Assembly (NCBI GenBank): GCA_963693365.1
Contig: CAVNZM010000012.1
Span: 4,764,409-4,828,408, forward strand
Length of the DNA stretch: 64,000 bases
Reading direction: 5' to 3'
Source: Amoebidium appalachense
Taxonomy: Eukaryota > Protista > Ichthyosporea
The notes beneath the pieces were generated by a model. The model was not told the DNA's origin. It saw nothing but the letters and a program-made list of their open reading frames with translations, and did no database searches. Below are positions 20,652 to 32,402 of the stretch, piece by piece. Position 1 is the stretch's first letter, and each line of letters begins with the position of its first letter. The position numbers were made by a program, and so were the translations under genes.

Positions 20652-20843
20652 ATGGAGCTCAACCCCGGCGGGCCCCCCACACGCAAGAGGCCGTTTATCT
20701 TCCCGGAACAGAACAACAACCTGAATGTCATGGACGTGTCCACCATACGGGACTTTCGGCAACGTCCCCTGGCCTACACCGTAAAACTGTCCGGCGTCAA
20801 CGCCAACAGACCCATTCGTACGGCACCTGTGGTGTTCAAATAA
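20652..20843 (+). CDS. Small viral protein (63 aa)
   Basis: atcATG start with AAAT...GTAAAC upstream. Confidence 0.6.
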   Translation: MELNPGGPPTRKRPFIFPEQNNNLNVMDVSTIRDFRQRPLAYTVKLSGVNANRPIRTAPVVFK

Positions 20844-20975
20844 ACCTGGGCGGGTCGACGGTAGTGTGGGCACGTGCTGGCACACCCCCACTACCACCCC
20901 ACGCCTGCCACAACCCCATTCTATTGTGCACAGTGTTGTCTCGAAATGCAGAGCAGGTAGCACCTGGCTACCCGC

Positions 20976-21861
20976 CTACAGGCAGAACATGTTATGTTCC
21001 ACTAGCATGTGGTAGTTTTTAAGGTCCCTCTCCAGCCGTGCCCACACCCTATCGCTCTTTACTCTAGTCACTTTGCTTTTGACCGTGGGCACCAGCCTGG
21101 CTATTACTCCCGCGTCCATACCACGCACTAACCCTACCATTTTCACCAACAGGAAGGGGTACCCCACAAAGTTCTTCCGTGTGTCCTCCTTGTGTCTCCG
21201 GTGCCACGACAAGCAAAACTTAAACATGCCCGTCAAGACCTCCAACTGCTCGCACGTAAACCTGGGGAGGGGGTGCCCGTACAACCTGTTAAGTATGTAA
21301 GGTACGCGTGTGTAGTGTTGGGTGAGTTTGTTCTGTCTCAGCACCCTCCTTGCCTGGTCGGCGTTCTCTATGCCTTCCACGCCCCTGAATGCTGCCACCA
21401 CCCCCTCCTGCATGTCACCCATACTCGCATTCAGGCCCTGCACCGACTGCAGCAGCTGCTTGAAGTGGTTAATGTGTCTGTATGGCTGTGACCTCTTTCT
21501 GTCCCAGAAGGCCGTGCACCCCTCATACGTCTTCCTCCCCTCCCCGTCGCTGCCCTCCCACCCCCTCCCGTCGTACACCCAGTCCTCCTCCTCCTCCTCC
21601 TCCCCCTCCCCCCTCCCCCCTCCCTCCCCCCTCCTCGTACACGTACTCCTGGTCCCCTCCGTCGTGCTCGTATTCGTCGTGTTCCCCCGTGCACGTCTCC
21701 CTCTCCTTGCAGTATGCCCACCAGCACCCTTGTGCCTGTGGCCGTGGCCGTGGCTGTGTGGTGGTGTTGCAGTACATGTCGTAGAGGAAGGGGCACAGGT
21801 CTAGCAGCTTCTCAGGGTCCGTGGTGTTGGCCACCATACTTAGCAACGTGTCTTCGTCCAT
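20976..21861 (-). CDS. VLTF3-like (poxvirus A2 family) late transcription factor, frameshift in the poly-C tract near 21600
   Basis: YRHINHFKQLLQSVQG, HY...ILNRLYG..LP, RKNFVGYPFLLVK and KS......DRVW match the NCLDV VLTF3 consensus. N-terminus is in ORF 21523-21861. Confidence 0.85.
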
Positions 21862-21874
21862 TTTTTTCCGTGTC

Positions 21875-21914
<40 letters not shown>

Positions 21915-24900
21915 CGGCCGAAGTTCACCTAATTCGTGATGTTGACTGTTTTTGTGTTGGAAAAAAGTGACGTGTCTGTGCACACGTGTGTGCCTTTTAT
22001 ATGTGCTGGTGCATGCTCTTTTTGGCAAGCCTCCCGCCCTTGTACACGTGTATGGTTCCGGTGTTGGTGTTGCTTTTCCCGAAGGACACATTGGACATGC
22101 TTGGTTTTGCATTAAGCTCTGAATTTATTGGCTGCCTCCCCTCGTGCATACGGTGCACGTGGTGTATGCCTAAAAACACCATCTTTTTCCTCTTCTGCCG
22201 GTGACCCCCCTGCCCGTGCACTCTGCACCCCATTTTTCTTTCTTCTAATGCTAAGTTAACAAACACACCACATAATTTTTCACTGCTAGACTACCTCCTA
22301 ACTGACCCCCCTCCCTCCCCCCTACCCCTCCCCCCACTCAAAACTGCAGGTTCCCCTCCGGTGCCGCCCACCCGATGGGATAGCTGCGTACACTGCCGTC
22401 TGCTGCCTCGAACACCCCCCTCTTGTCGAACGCCCCCGACTGTGTCTTACGCTGGTCCTTGCTGGCCAGGTGGTAGTTGTGGGGGACCCCGGGCACGGGC
22501 TCCCGCAGCAGCCGGTGGTTGGTGACGCTCACACTCGGCAGCTCGCCGTGCACCAGCATGCGCAGGCTGGGGAGGTTCACCATGTCGGTCGCCCGGCGGG
22601 ACAGGGTGATGCCCTTGACCTTCACGTCGGTCTTGCCGTCCTGGGTGCGGTAGGCATACGTCTTGGGGGCCACCCCCACAAACTCGACGATGGGTGTCGA
22701 CGTCTCGTTCTTCCAGTTGCCCAGCAAGTCCCCGTTGGTGGAGTCGATGTTGTGGCTGAGGTGGGGCACCCTGCTGTCGTAGTGGTAGACGATGGAGTCG
22801 GTGTCCATGTACACCACCTGCTGGGGGGAGAGGGACCGGAGGGCCCCGTAGAGGTGCAGCCGGGCATGGGCCGTCACGAACGTGCCGATGGCAATGTTGG
22901 CGTAGGAGGGGGGTGGGGCCGTCTCCTTCTTGGGCCGGTACTTGATGGCCACCCTCTGCTCGCCGATGGGGTCGACGCCGAGCACCAGCAGGTTGGGGTT
23001 CGTCACCAGCAGCCTCAGCCTGTCGACGTCGTCGACAAACTCGATGGTGTCCAGCCCTGCCCTCTGCACCAGCTTGCCCCAGAGGCTGTTCAGGAACAGC
23101 TTGCTGATGGTACGCAGGGCCGGGTTGGGCTCGAACTCGTGGGCGGCCACCGTGATGCCGTAGTGTTCCTTGAACAGGTGCACGAGGGCGGGGATGTCGG
23201 CCGGATCTACGGTGGTGCTGGTGAGCTTCACCTTCAGGAACGTCTGCACGTACTTCCGGAAGAGGTTCTTGGTGCGTTTCTTGAAGTGCACCACGTCGTA
23301 CACGTCGAGGATGGTGTACCCATCACGCACGGCCACCTTCAGCTCCTCCGTCGTCCACGTGCCCACCAGTGCCCTCTCCTCGTCCGTGTGTGTGCACAGT
23401 GTGTGCTCACGTACCCTGGGGTTGCCGTCCTCGTCCATGCAGGTGGCCCGGGCCTCCTCCTTGCTGCTGCAGGCCCGGCACAGCACAAAGCCCAGCTTGT
23501 CGTACCCCTGGGCACCCGTCATACGCACAGGCAGCACGGGGATGAACAGGTCCTTGGGGGGGAGCACCCTCACACGTGCAACACCAAAGTACCCCTTGGT
23601 CCTGGCCTGGGGGGAGCCGGGGGTCATACGGCACGTCTTGTCGAGCCTCTCCTTCAGCACCTGGGCATCCGTGACGATGGCCGTGGGGTGGTCCTCCGTC
23701 TTGATGGGTAGTGACGTGAACCACTGTGACTTGCCCACCGGCATGTACTTGTCAATCATCACGTACGGGTAGAGGGAGGTGACGTCGACGTACTTGAGCC
23801 CGGCCTCCGGCCAGTCCTCCTCCTTGACCTCGATGTGACGGGTGATGACCTCCGTACGGCCACCAAAGAAGGCATCACGGAACTGCACCGGGCCCGTGGG
23901 CACGGGGGCCACCCTGCCGGTGCCCTCCCTCCGTGCCGCCTGTGCTGCAAGGGCAGCCTTGACCTCGGGGCTCTGCCTCAGCCTGTCCCACCTGCACTCC
24001 CACATGCTCTGCACCTTGTGCCCCTGGGCACGGATGTACCTCTCGTGGGCCATGGTGCTGTCGTAGGCCTCCCTGGCCGGCCTCTTCACCACCCTCATCG
24101 TCAGATCCTCGTGCCTGTTGCAGTCGGGGCACCCATGGAACACACACCCGTGGAAGAAGTAGTGGGTGCACGTGCCGTCGTCGTGGGTGGCCTTGGCATC
24201 GGCCGTGGCCCTGCCGTGGGGGTCGTACCCGGTGGCCACGTGCCTTGCCACGTCGTCTGGCCCCACCCCCAGGCCGTGGGTGACGTAGTCGATGTACTCC
24301 TGCTCCTTCTTGCTGCTGTTCACGTTGCCCATGGTCTGGTCACGCATCACGGCCACGTCCTTGGGCATGGCCTGCGTGAATCCAGAAGTGCATGGCGAGG
24401 GAAGCAAGGGTGACGCACGTGAAGGGGTCGATGCCCGTCAGCTCGATGAGTTTTGACATGAAGGCCTTGACCACCTGCTGCAGCAGCACCACATCCTTGA
24501 CACAGTAGTCCTCGCACTGCTGGGCAATGTCGTAGCACGTGCCCGCCGGTGCCTGCCCCTGCAGCCGTGCCTGCTCCTCCCGCCACCACTGCATGAAGGC
24601 AGCATGCTGCTTGGGCTTCATGTCCTGGGCCCCAAAGTCCTCGGGTCCGGGGAAGGGGATGTGGCCGGCCTTGAAGTTGGCAAAGGTGGCTGCACGGTGG
24701 GGGAAGTGGCCCTTCGTCTCCTGGCACCCCATGGCCTTGCCGGCGTCCGACAGCGACATGGTGAGGAAGTTGAGGGTGTCCACGAACGTCAGCTCCACCA
24801 CCGTCGTGCGGCTGCCGTCACCCCTCTGCCCCCCGTGCCTCCTCTTCCGGCCGGTGCCTGCTGCTGCTGCTGCTGCTGCCTGCTGCTGCACATCACCATG

Positions 24901-27032
24901 GCCATCACCATGACCATCACCATGGCCATTGCCATCGTGGCCATGGCCATGGCCATCGGCACCATCACCATCACCATCACCATCCACCGGCATGGGCACG
25001 GGGGCTGCTGGTGCACCGGCATTCTTGACGTAGTGGCGTATACGGCAGGACTTGATCTTGCTGTTGGCCATGATGGGCACATACACGTAGTCCTGGCTGC
25101 CCACCACCCTCTTGGTCACAAAGTGGAAGTCAAAGCCACTGCCGTTGTGGCAGTACACCCGGCCGCCGGCATGGGCAGGGGTGTCGAACAGCCATGCCAC
25201 CACCTTGTCAATCACGTGGTGGTGGTCCTCCATCAGCACATCCCACCCGTTCTTGCCGTCGGCAGAGTCCTCCGGCCAGAAGATGATGGGGGTTGAGGGC
25301 TGGCCGTCCATTGGCTCGACGTACATGGCCACTGCATGGTACACGATGTGGATGAAGTGGGGGTTTTCGGCCGTGTGGTCGGGGGCGGGCACGGGCATGG
25401 TCTCGAAGTCCAGCACAATGTCCCTGATGGGCTGCCGGGTCTGCTTCCACGGCCCCCTGCTGCCATCGTCGTCGGGCACGTGCCGTTTGCACACGTGTGC
25501 ACCCACCCTGCCGTCGGCACCATCCACCCTGGCCCTCTGCCGTGCAGGTGACCCCTCCCCCCCTCCCCCTCCCCCTCCTCCCCCTCCTCCCCCTGCCCAT
25601 GCTCGTTGGAGTAGCACGCCACCCTGTCGCACGCCGTGCCGTCTGCATCCGTGTGCGTGCACATGTACACACGTCGCTGGTCACGCTTGCTGCGTATGAG
25701 GCACGTGTGGTTGCCGGGCATGTACCCCCCACAGCCCTTGCAGTCGTAGTCGGTGCACAGGTGCTGTGTCCACGTGTCGTCCTTCTTCTTGCCCCCGTGC
25801 TCACCCCCATCATCCCCCTCCCCCTCAGACATCTGCATGAGGTCAACGGCATCGCCATCATCATCATCGTCCGACGAGTCGGCAAGGCTGGGTGGGGGGC
25901 CTGAGTCGGCATTCTCGGCATCCGAGTCCTCCTCCGTGTCCGTGCCCCAGGCCCAGTCCTCCCCCTCGTCGTTGGCGCCGGCATCTGCACCTGCATCGTA
26001 CCCCCCTTGCTCCTGGGCGGTGTGCAGCCGACGTAGCCGGCACACGCTGGCGTACTTGAACTTGTAGAGGAACCGGCCGGCAGGGTTGCCCGACACACAC
26101 ACCCGGCGGGCACCATCCCCAGCATCCATCACCCTGTACCCCTGCAGGCCGTGGGTGCACGTGTCCAGCCGGCACCAGAACACGTTGTCGCAGAAGGATT
26201 GACGACCTCGGTCGCCGGCCCGTGCCCCTGAGCCCTTGAGCTTGGTGCTGTGGTTGGCCATGCACTTGGCCGACGGGAAGAGGCCACAGCAGTCGTCACA
26301 ACGGTAAGGCCATGCCTCCTCCCCTGCCCGTGCAAGCTGCAGACGGCGCTCGGGGGTCCACACACAGGCGTTGGCCTGGTCGTTGAGGTCCCCCTTTGAC
26401 CCACAGTTCTCACACCGGTTCACACAACGGTGCACCCCCATGTTCTTGGCTTGCACGGTCTGGTTGCAGTGGAAGCAGGTGCTGAGGCTCCGGCGTACCT
26501 CCCCAGTGTGGTTGCTGTGTCGTAGGCGCTCGATGGCCGTGCTGACACTGGAGGTGATGGCCGTGAAGTGGCCCAGCTTCTGGGAGTGGGTCACGTACAT
26601 GGTGCACAGCTTGGAGGGGGGCAGGGTCGTGCTCAGGTCCCCGTACCGGCGTAGCACCCTGCCCTTGCTGTCCATGTCCACCACCACCAGCCGCAGGCGG
26701 GTCACTGACTCGGGCCGCTCGGCAATGACCGTGTTGAGGGCATCCACGGCTGCACCCAGCTCATCCACCGTCAGGCCGTCCTCTGCAGGCACGGGCTGGT
26801 CGTACTTGGCCCACAGTGTAACTTAGAGGTTTCTCTGTGAGACTTCATTATTTGCTGACTTACATTGACTGGCCCACCGGGACCTTTATATACTTGTGGT
26901 CTGGCTCACTGGAATGTTACTTACTATTCCCGATTGGTCTACCCGCCGCTATGGATCTAGTCGCTACCAATCAGAACACTCCAACAGAATCTTCTAGACT
27001 CCTCTAGATCTATCCTGATCTATCGTGAACCT

Positions 27033-28040
27033 TGTTGGAAGTAGAGTCCGCTGTGACTAGGCCCTCGTCGTGGCGCGCTTGGGCGCTGACCCGTTTTTTT
27101 ACTGCTTTCAGTGTGTTAACTCCATGACTGAACTCCATGACTTAACTCCATGTCTGCACCTGGCAGAGACGTGGCTTATATACCCGTGGGGCAGCAGTCT
27201 GGAATGTAATCCGGATGCCAGGCGCTAATCGGATTGGTTACTTTCATTTAGAGATCTCTGGGACCAGTGAACCAATCGTTTGCAGTCAAAACACAATTGG
27301 CAACATTCCTCAACTATGCAGATGTGCATGTGGTGATCGAGTGTCAGCATGTGTCTATGTACACGGAACCAATTGTAAAGCTAACATACACATATTGTGG
27401 AGTGAGCGTAAGTCTGCACTCCAACACCCCTACCCAATTGGAGAAGTGTACACACCACTAGAGAAGAGAGAGTGAGTGTGGCTGCTTGCAGGGTAGACCG
27501 GGGTGTGCATTCCACTGTGGTGCGTGCCCCGCCAATGAAGTGGAATACTTGACGTTGATGTCGCAGGCTGCTGCGGATGGAGTTTGTGGAAGCGAAAGTC
27601 TCTAATGAAGTTAGAGGCCGCGGTGTCGTGTCTGGGCCCATAACCCTGTTGGAAGTAGAGTCCGCTGTGACTAGGCCCTCGTCGTGGCGCGCTTGGGCGC
27701 TGACCCGTTTTTTTACTGCTTTCAGTGTGTTAACTCCATGACTGAACTCCATGACTTAACTCCATGTCTGCACCTGGCAGAGACGTGGCTTATATACCCG
27801 TGGGGCAGCAGTCTGGAATGTAATCCGGATGCCAGGCGCTAATCGGATTGGTTACTTTCATTTAGAGATCTCTGGGACCAGTGAACCAATCGTTTGCAGT
27901 CAAAACACAATTGGCAACATTCCTCAACTATGCAGATGTGCATGTGGTGATCGAGTGTCAGCATGTGTCTATGTACACGGAACCAATTGTAAAGCTAACA
28001 TACACATATTGTGGAGTGAGCGTAAGTCTGCACTCCAACA
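27033..28040 (-). mobile_element. TRIM-like non-autonomous LTR element nested in the copia 3' LTR
   Basis: 394-bp LTRs at 27033-27426 and 27647-28040, 220-bp non-coding interior, PBS GGTTATGGGCCCAG, PPT GGGTAGGGG, TSD AACCT (27028-27032 and 28041-28045). Confidence 0.97.
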
Positions 28041-28268
28041 AACCTATCCACCAGTTTATCCCGAATATCTCGAATATTCCCGATCACTAGTGCTACGCTA
28101 ACGCAGGGCATACCGGATGGCTATCCTGTTCGACACCCCCACTTGCACTGTGTTCTATCTATGTACCGCATGCAACCTAAACGTAAGATGCAACTCTAAA
28201 ACTATGCTACTATACTAACACATATAACACCTACTACACGAACATTAACACTACACTATTTGTAGTTC

Positions 28269-31200
28269 TTACTCAGCCATGCCGATGGCCTGCCGATGCT
28301 GCACTAACTTAAGTCTCCCTAAAGCTTTGGTGCACATGTCGGCCACGTTACTGTTCGTGCTGCAATACACAAGTTCTACATCCCCATTCTCCACACACTC
28401 ACGGGTGTAGTGGTACTGAACGTCGATGTGTTTGCTCCTGTTATGGAGCATCGGGTTCCTTGCAAGCTTGATGCTGGCCTGGTTGTTGGCGTAGATGATG
28501 GTCGCCTCACTCATATCGTAGCCCAGCTGCCCCAGCAGCTGTCGTAGCCACTTAGCCTCTTTGACTGCCAGGCACGTAGCCATATACTCCGCCTCTGTAG
28601 ATGAAGTAGCCACAGTCTTCTGTTGCTTGCTGCCCCAGCTGATGGCAGATCCATTGGCAGTAAAGATGTATCCGCTCGTCGACTTACGCCGGTCGTCGGA
28701 GTTGCCAGCGTAATCGGAGTCAGTGAATCCCTCCACTGTTGTACTCCCTTCTCCGCGGTAGACAATCCCGTAGTTGGTTGTCCCCTTGAGGTACCGGAGA
28801 AGATGTTTGGCTGCGTCCCAGTGTTGAAGTCCCGGGTTGCTCACGAACTTACTAAGTTCCCCCACTGCTTGTGCAATGTCTGGCCGGGTGGCCACCATTG
28901 CGTACATTAAGGAGCCCACAGCTCTGGCATAAGGAACTTGCCGCATCGCCACTCTCTCCTCCTCGCTTGCCGGACTCATGGCCTTGCTCAACACACATCG
29001 CTCCGGTAGCGGTGTTGACTTAGCCTTGCAGTCGACCATGTTGAAGCGCCGCATCAATGACTTGATGTACGTTTCCTGTGACAACTTGATATCGCCTGTT
29101 GCAGCGTCACGACTGACCTGCACACCGAGTAGCAGCTTTGGCTCGCCGATCACCTTGACGGAGAACTTCGTCGCAACCTGCCTGACGAATTCTTGAATAA
29201 GATCATCTGTCGACGCCGCCACTAGCATGTCGTCCACATGCACAGCCACCACCGTCTTTCCACTTCCGTTGACCTTGAAGTAGACACATCGATCAGCTTC
29301 CACACGTGTGAAGCCAAGATCGACCATAGCCTCATGCATCTTCTCATTCCAGCACCTTGCTGCTTGCTTGAGGCCATACAGACTCTTGTGCAAACGACAC
29401 ACATAGTCTTCCTTTCCGGGTACCTCGTACCCACGCGGTTGCTGCATGTACAGCTCTTCCTTGATGTCGCCGTTCAGGAACGCCGTGACGATATCTATTT
29501 GTGTGAGGTGCATGTTCTCTGCCGCTGCCATAGCGAAGAGAAGTCTGAAGCTGGTGAACTTGGCCACCGGGGCAAAGGTCTCTTCGTAGTCTATCCCCTC
29601 TTGCTGTGAGAAGCCCCTGGCCACACCACGGGCCTTGTAGCGCTCGACACTGCCGTCGGCGTTGCGTTTCATCTTGAAGACCCACTTGAAGGAAACTGCC
29701 CGACGACCTGGTGGGAGTGGCACCAGTGACCATGTCCCATTCTTGACTAGAGATTCGTACTCCTCGTCCAGCGCAGCCTTCCACTTTGCACCATCTGGCC
29801 TGGAGATTGCTTTTTCCAGTGTCACAGGGTCATCCTCATTGCTATCAGCACTCTCAATTGCCATGCTGATACTGTCGCGGTACTCTACTACACCTGCGTT
29901 GATGCCGTAGGTCCCACCGCGCCTTGTAGTCATAGACGGATAGGCACTTCTGGTTGCAACCTGCAACTCTGCACGATCTTCCTCGTCTCCTGACCCTGCC
30001 GCGTCCGAATCGCCGCTGTCCTCGCCCGCGCCGTCGCCGATAGCATCTGAATCATATCCACTGTCAGTGCCGATTGCAGGCTTCCGAAAGGAATGTTGCT
30101 TCTTGGCGCTGATTGGATCTCTCGATTCCAAGCTCTGCTGATTTCCGATTGGCTTATGCATCAGCAATTCCATTGGCTCATCTTGCACCACCGGAATACC
30201 GGCCTTTGGGGTGCATGATTCATCGATCACCACATCTCGCCCGACGATAGTCTTGCGCGCCTCGGTGTCCCACAACAAGTACGTCTTGCTGTCACCTGTG
30301 TAGCCGACGAATTTACACTCCCGACTCTTAGCGTCTAGCTTCCTGCGCTCGTCCTTCGGCACATGGACAAATGCCTTGCTACCAAATACACGTAGATGGC
30401 TAACATCGGGCTTCTCTCCATACCATGCCTCCCAAGGTGTCATGCCACCCAGTACTGTGGTTGGCGTCAGATTCTTGATGTACACAGCTGCCTGTACTGC
30501 CAGCTGCCAGAACCCCATACTCATGCCTGCTGACTGCAGCATGCAGCGCGCCGTCTCGACAACGGTCCTGTTAGCCCTCTCTGCTACACCATTCTGCTCT
30601 GGTGTGTAAGGGACTGTCGCCTCATGTTCAATGCCGCATGCTTCCAGGAACGACTTGAACTCAGTGGAGGTGTACTCACCCCCGTTGTCGGAACGCAGAA
30701 TCTTGATGCTGGCACCGTGTTGCTTCTCTACGTGTGCCTTGTACTTCTTGAAGTAAGTATGCACCTGGGATTTATGTTTCATGAAGTACACCGTAGTGAA
30801 CCTTGTCTTGTCGTCGATGAAGGTGACATAATACTTGGAACCTTGCAGCGACTCCTTGTTGAACGGTCCTGCCACATCAGAATGAACTCTGTCGAGCTTC
30901 GCTGGCGCTGTCTTGCGGGGTAGCTTACTGAAAGAGAGCCGGGCTTGCTTCCCTCTCGCGCATCCCTCGCACACACCGTCATCCTGGGGTTTGCAGTCGA
31001 TGCACAGACCCTCGACGATGTTTTCTTTAGCCATTTTCTGTAGCGTGTTTGTTGCCACATGACCAAACCGCCGGTGCCATAAACTGGCGCTGCCCTTTAC
31101 CGGCTCACACACGGTGTTACCCCCACTGCTGCCGACTGCAGTGGTCACCATGTTCACGCTCTCACATATGGGTTTCACTAGGAGACGATACAGGCCTCCC

Positions 31201-32402
31201 TCCACTACCCCACGGGCCACAACTTGGCCATCTGTGGCACTCTCAATCGTACACTGTCGACCGTCGGTGATGCCTCTTAACCCGTGCTTGCCGGCGCTTG
31301 AAGCCGACATCACGTTAGTTCCAAATGCTGGCACGTACAGCACATTCTGCAGTCTAAATGTCATGCTGTTGCCCTGGAACTCACTTGTTAATCTTACGAC
31401 GCCTATTCCTAGCGCCATCACACCCGGGGTGTTACCCAGAGCGACGGGTTTGGGTGTGATCGACCGGAAGTCTTCCATCCAGTCCTTTCGGCATGTGACA
31501 TGGGAGGTTGCGCCGCAGTCCCAATACCACTCAGTTGAAGAAGGGAGTCCGCTGTTTACCGCCATGGCGAGTATCTCCTTGGATGCTCCGTTCTGCTTCG
31601 CCTTGTCGCCGCGATTGCCGCCCTTCTTCTTCTTTGGACACTGTGACTTGTAGTGCCCAAACTTGTGACATTTGTAACACTCCACCTTGGATATGTCAGT
31701 CACGCGCGGCTTGCCGGTGTCCTGTCGTGGCGTACCGCCGCGCCATTGGGTGCTGGTCATCATCACCCGCTGCTGTTCCCTTGCAGCCTCGTTCTCCTCA
31801 AAACCACGCAGCTTGGCGATTATCTTTTCCATTGTCTTCTCAGCTGCTGGTAAAGCTTGAATGGTCCTAACGTCGGTGCGGAATCGGTCGTCAGCGCCTA
31901 CACCGTCCAGGAATTTCTCGGCAACCATGTCCTCACTAACTCCATTGGGATCGATATGAAGAAGATCCTGCACAATGCACTCCAGGCGGGCCGCATACTC
32001 CAGCACGCTTTCCGTCGGCATCATATCAGCACGCCAGAACTGTTGAATCAACATTCTCTTGTGCTCATCTGTGTTGCGCGCAGCGTATGATGCTACCGTA
32101 TCCCATATGTCCTTGGGATTTCCTACGGCAATAGCTCGCCGACACAGGCTTGCAGGTACATCACCTAGTGTCTCCACCAGGTAGGAAGTCGCCTTCTTCT
32201 GATCCAAGGGGTCGATCTCCACCGGAGGTTGCTCCACCGGTTCGCCGTCCTCTCCTATCACTTCAGGAGCCACGTCTTCAATCGTGTACCATAATTCCTC
32301 GCCCTCGAGGAAGCACTTCATGCGCATGGCCCACATTGAGTAGGAGATTTTGCCCTTGCCTTCTCCTTCATACATGGGAACTGGACATTTTGCTCTTCCC
32401 AT
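28269..32402 (-). CDS. Copia gag-pol polyprotein (1377 aa)
   Basis: Zn knuckle CYKCHKFGHYKSQC, protease DCGA, integrase HHCC and D,D,E (HSD, RSDNGGE, AERANR), RT HVDD, RNase H; PR-IN-RT-RH order. Confidence 0.98.
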   Translation of the reverse strand: MGRAKCPVPMYEGEGKGKISYSMWAMRMKCFLEGEELWYTIEDVAPEVIGEDGEPVEQPPVEIDPLDQKKATSYLVETLGDVPASLCRRAIAVGNPKDIWDTVASYAARNTDEHKRMLIQQFWRADMMPTESVLEYAARLECIVQDLLHIDPNGVSEDMVAEKFLDGVGADDRFRTDVRTIQALPAAEKTMEKIIAKLRGFEENEAAREQQRVMMTSTQWRGGTPRQDTGKPRVTDISKVECYKCHKFGHYKSQCPKKKKGGNRGDKAKQNGASKEILAMAVNSGLPSSTEWYWDCGATSHVTCRKDWMEDFRSITPKPVALGNTPGVMALGIGVVRLTSEFQGNSMTFRLQNVLYVPAFGTNVMSASSAGKHGLRGITDGRQCTIESATDGQVVARGVVEGGLYRLLVKPICESVNMVTTAVGSSGGNTVCEPVKGSASLWHRRFGHVATNTLQKMAKENIVEGLCIDCKPQDDGVCEGCARGKQARLSFSKLPRKTAPAKLDRVHSDVAGPFNKESLQGSKYYVTFIDDKTRFTTVYFMKHKSQVHTYFKKYKAHVEKQHGASIKILRSDNGGEYTSTEFKSFLEACGIEHEATVPYTPEQNGVAERANRTVVETARCMLQSAGMSMGFWQLAVQAAVYIKNLTPTTVLGGMTPWEAWYGEKPDVSHLRVFGSKAFVHVPKDERRKLDAKSRECKFVGYTGDSKTYLLWDTEARKTIVGRDVVIDESCTPKAGIPVVQDEPMELLMHKPIGNQQSLESRDPISAKKQHSFRKPAIGTDSGYDSDAIGDGAGEDSGDSDAAGSGDEEDRAELQVATRSAYPSMTTRRGGTYGINAGVVEYRDSISMAIESADSNEDDPVTLEKAISRPDGAKWKAALDEEYESLVKNGTWSLVPLPPGRRAVSFKWVFKMKRNADGSVERYKARGVARGFSQQEGIDYEETFAPVAKFTSFRLLFAMAAAENMHLTQIDIVTAFLNGDIKEELYMQQPRGYEVPGKEDYVCRLHKSLYGLKQAARCWNEKMHEAMVDLGFTRVEADRCVYFKVNGSGKTVVAVHVDDMLVAASTDDLIQEFVRQVATKFSVKVIGEPKLLLGVQVSRDAATGDIKLSQETYIKSLMRRFNMVDCKAKSTPLPERCVLSKAMSPASEEERVAMRQVPYARAVGSLMYAMVATRPDIAQAVGELSKFVSNPGLQHWDAAKHLLRYLKGTTNYGIVYRGEGSTTVEGFTDSDYAGNSDDRRKSTSGYIFTANGSAISWGSKQQKTVATSSTEAEYMATCLAVKEAKWLRQLLGQLGYDMSEATIIYANNQASIKLARNPMLHNRSKHIDVQYHYTRECVENGDVELVYCSTNSNVADMCTKALGRLKLVQHRQAIGMAE

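Noticed and set aside
21873-22266. Short minus-strand ORFs between VLTF3 and pPolB
   Set aside because: No recognisable motif, weak starts and overlap with a TG microsatellite; more likely promoter or UTR.
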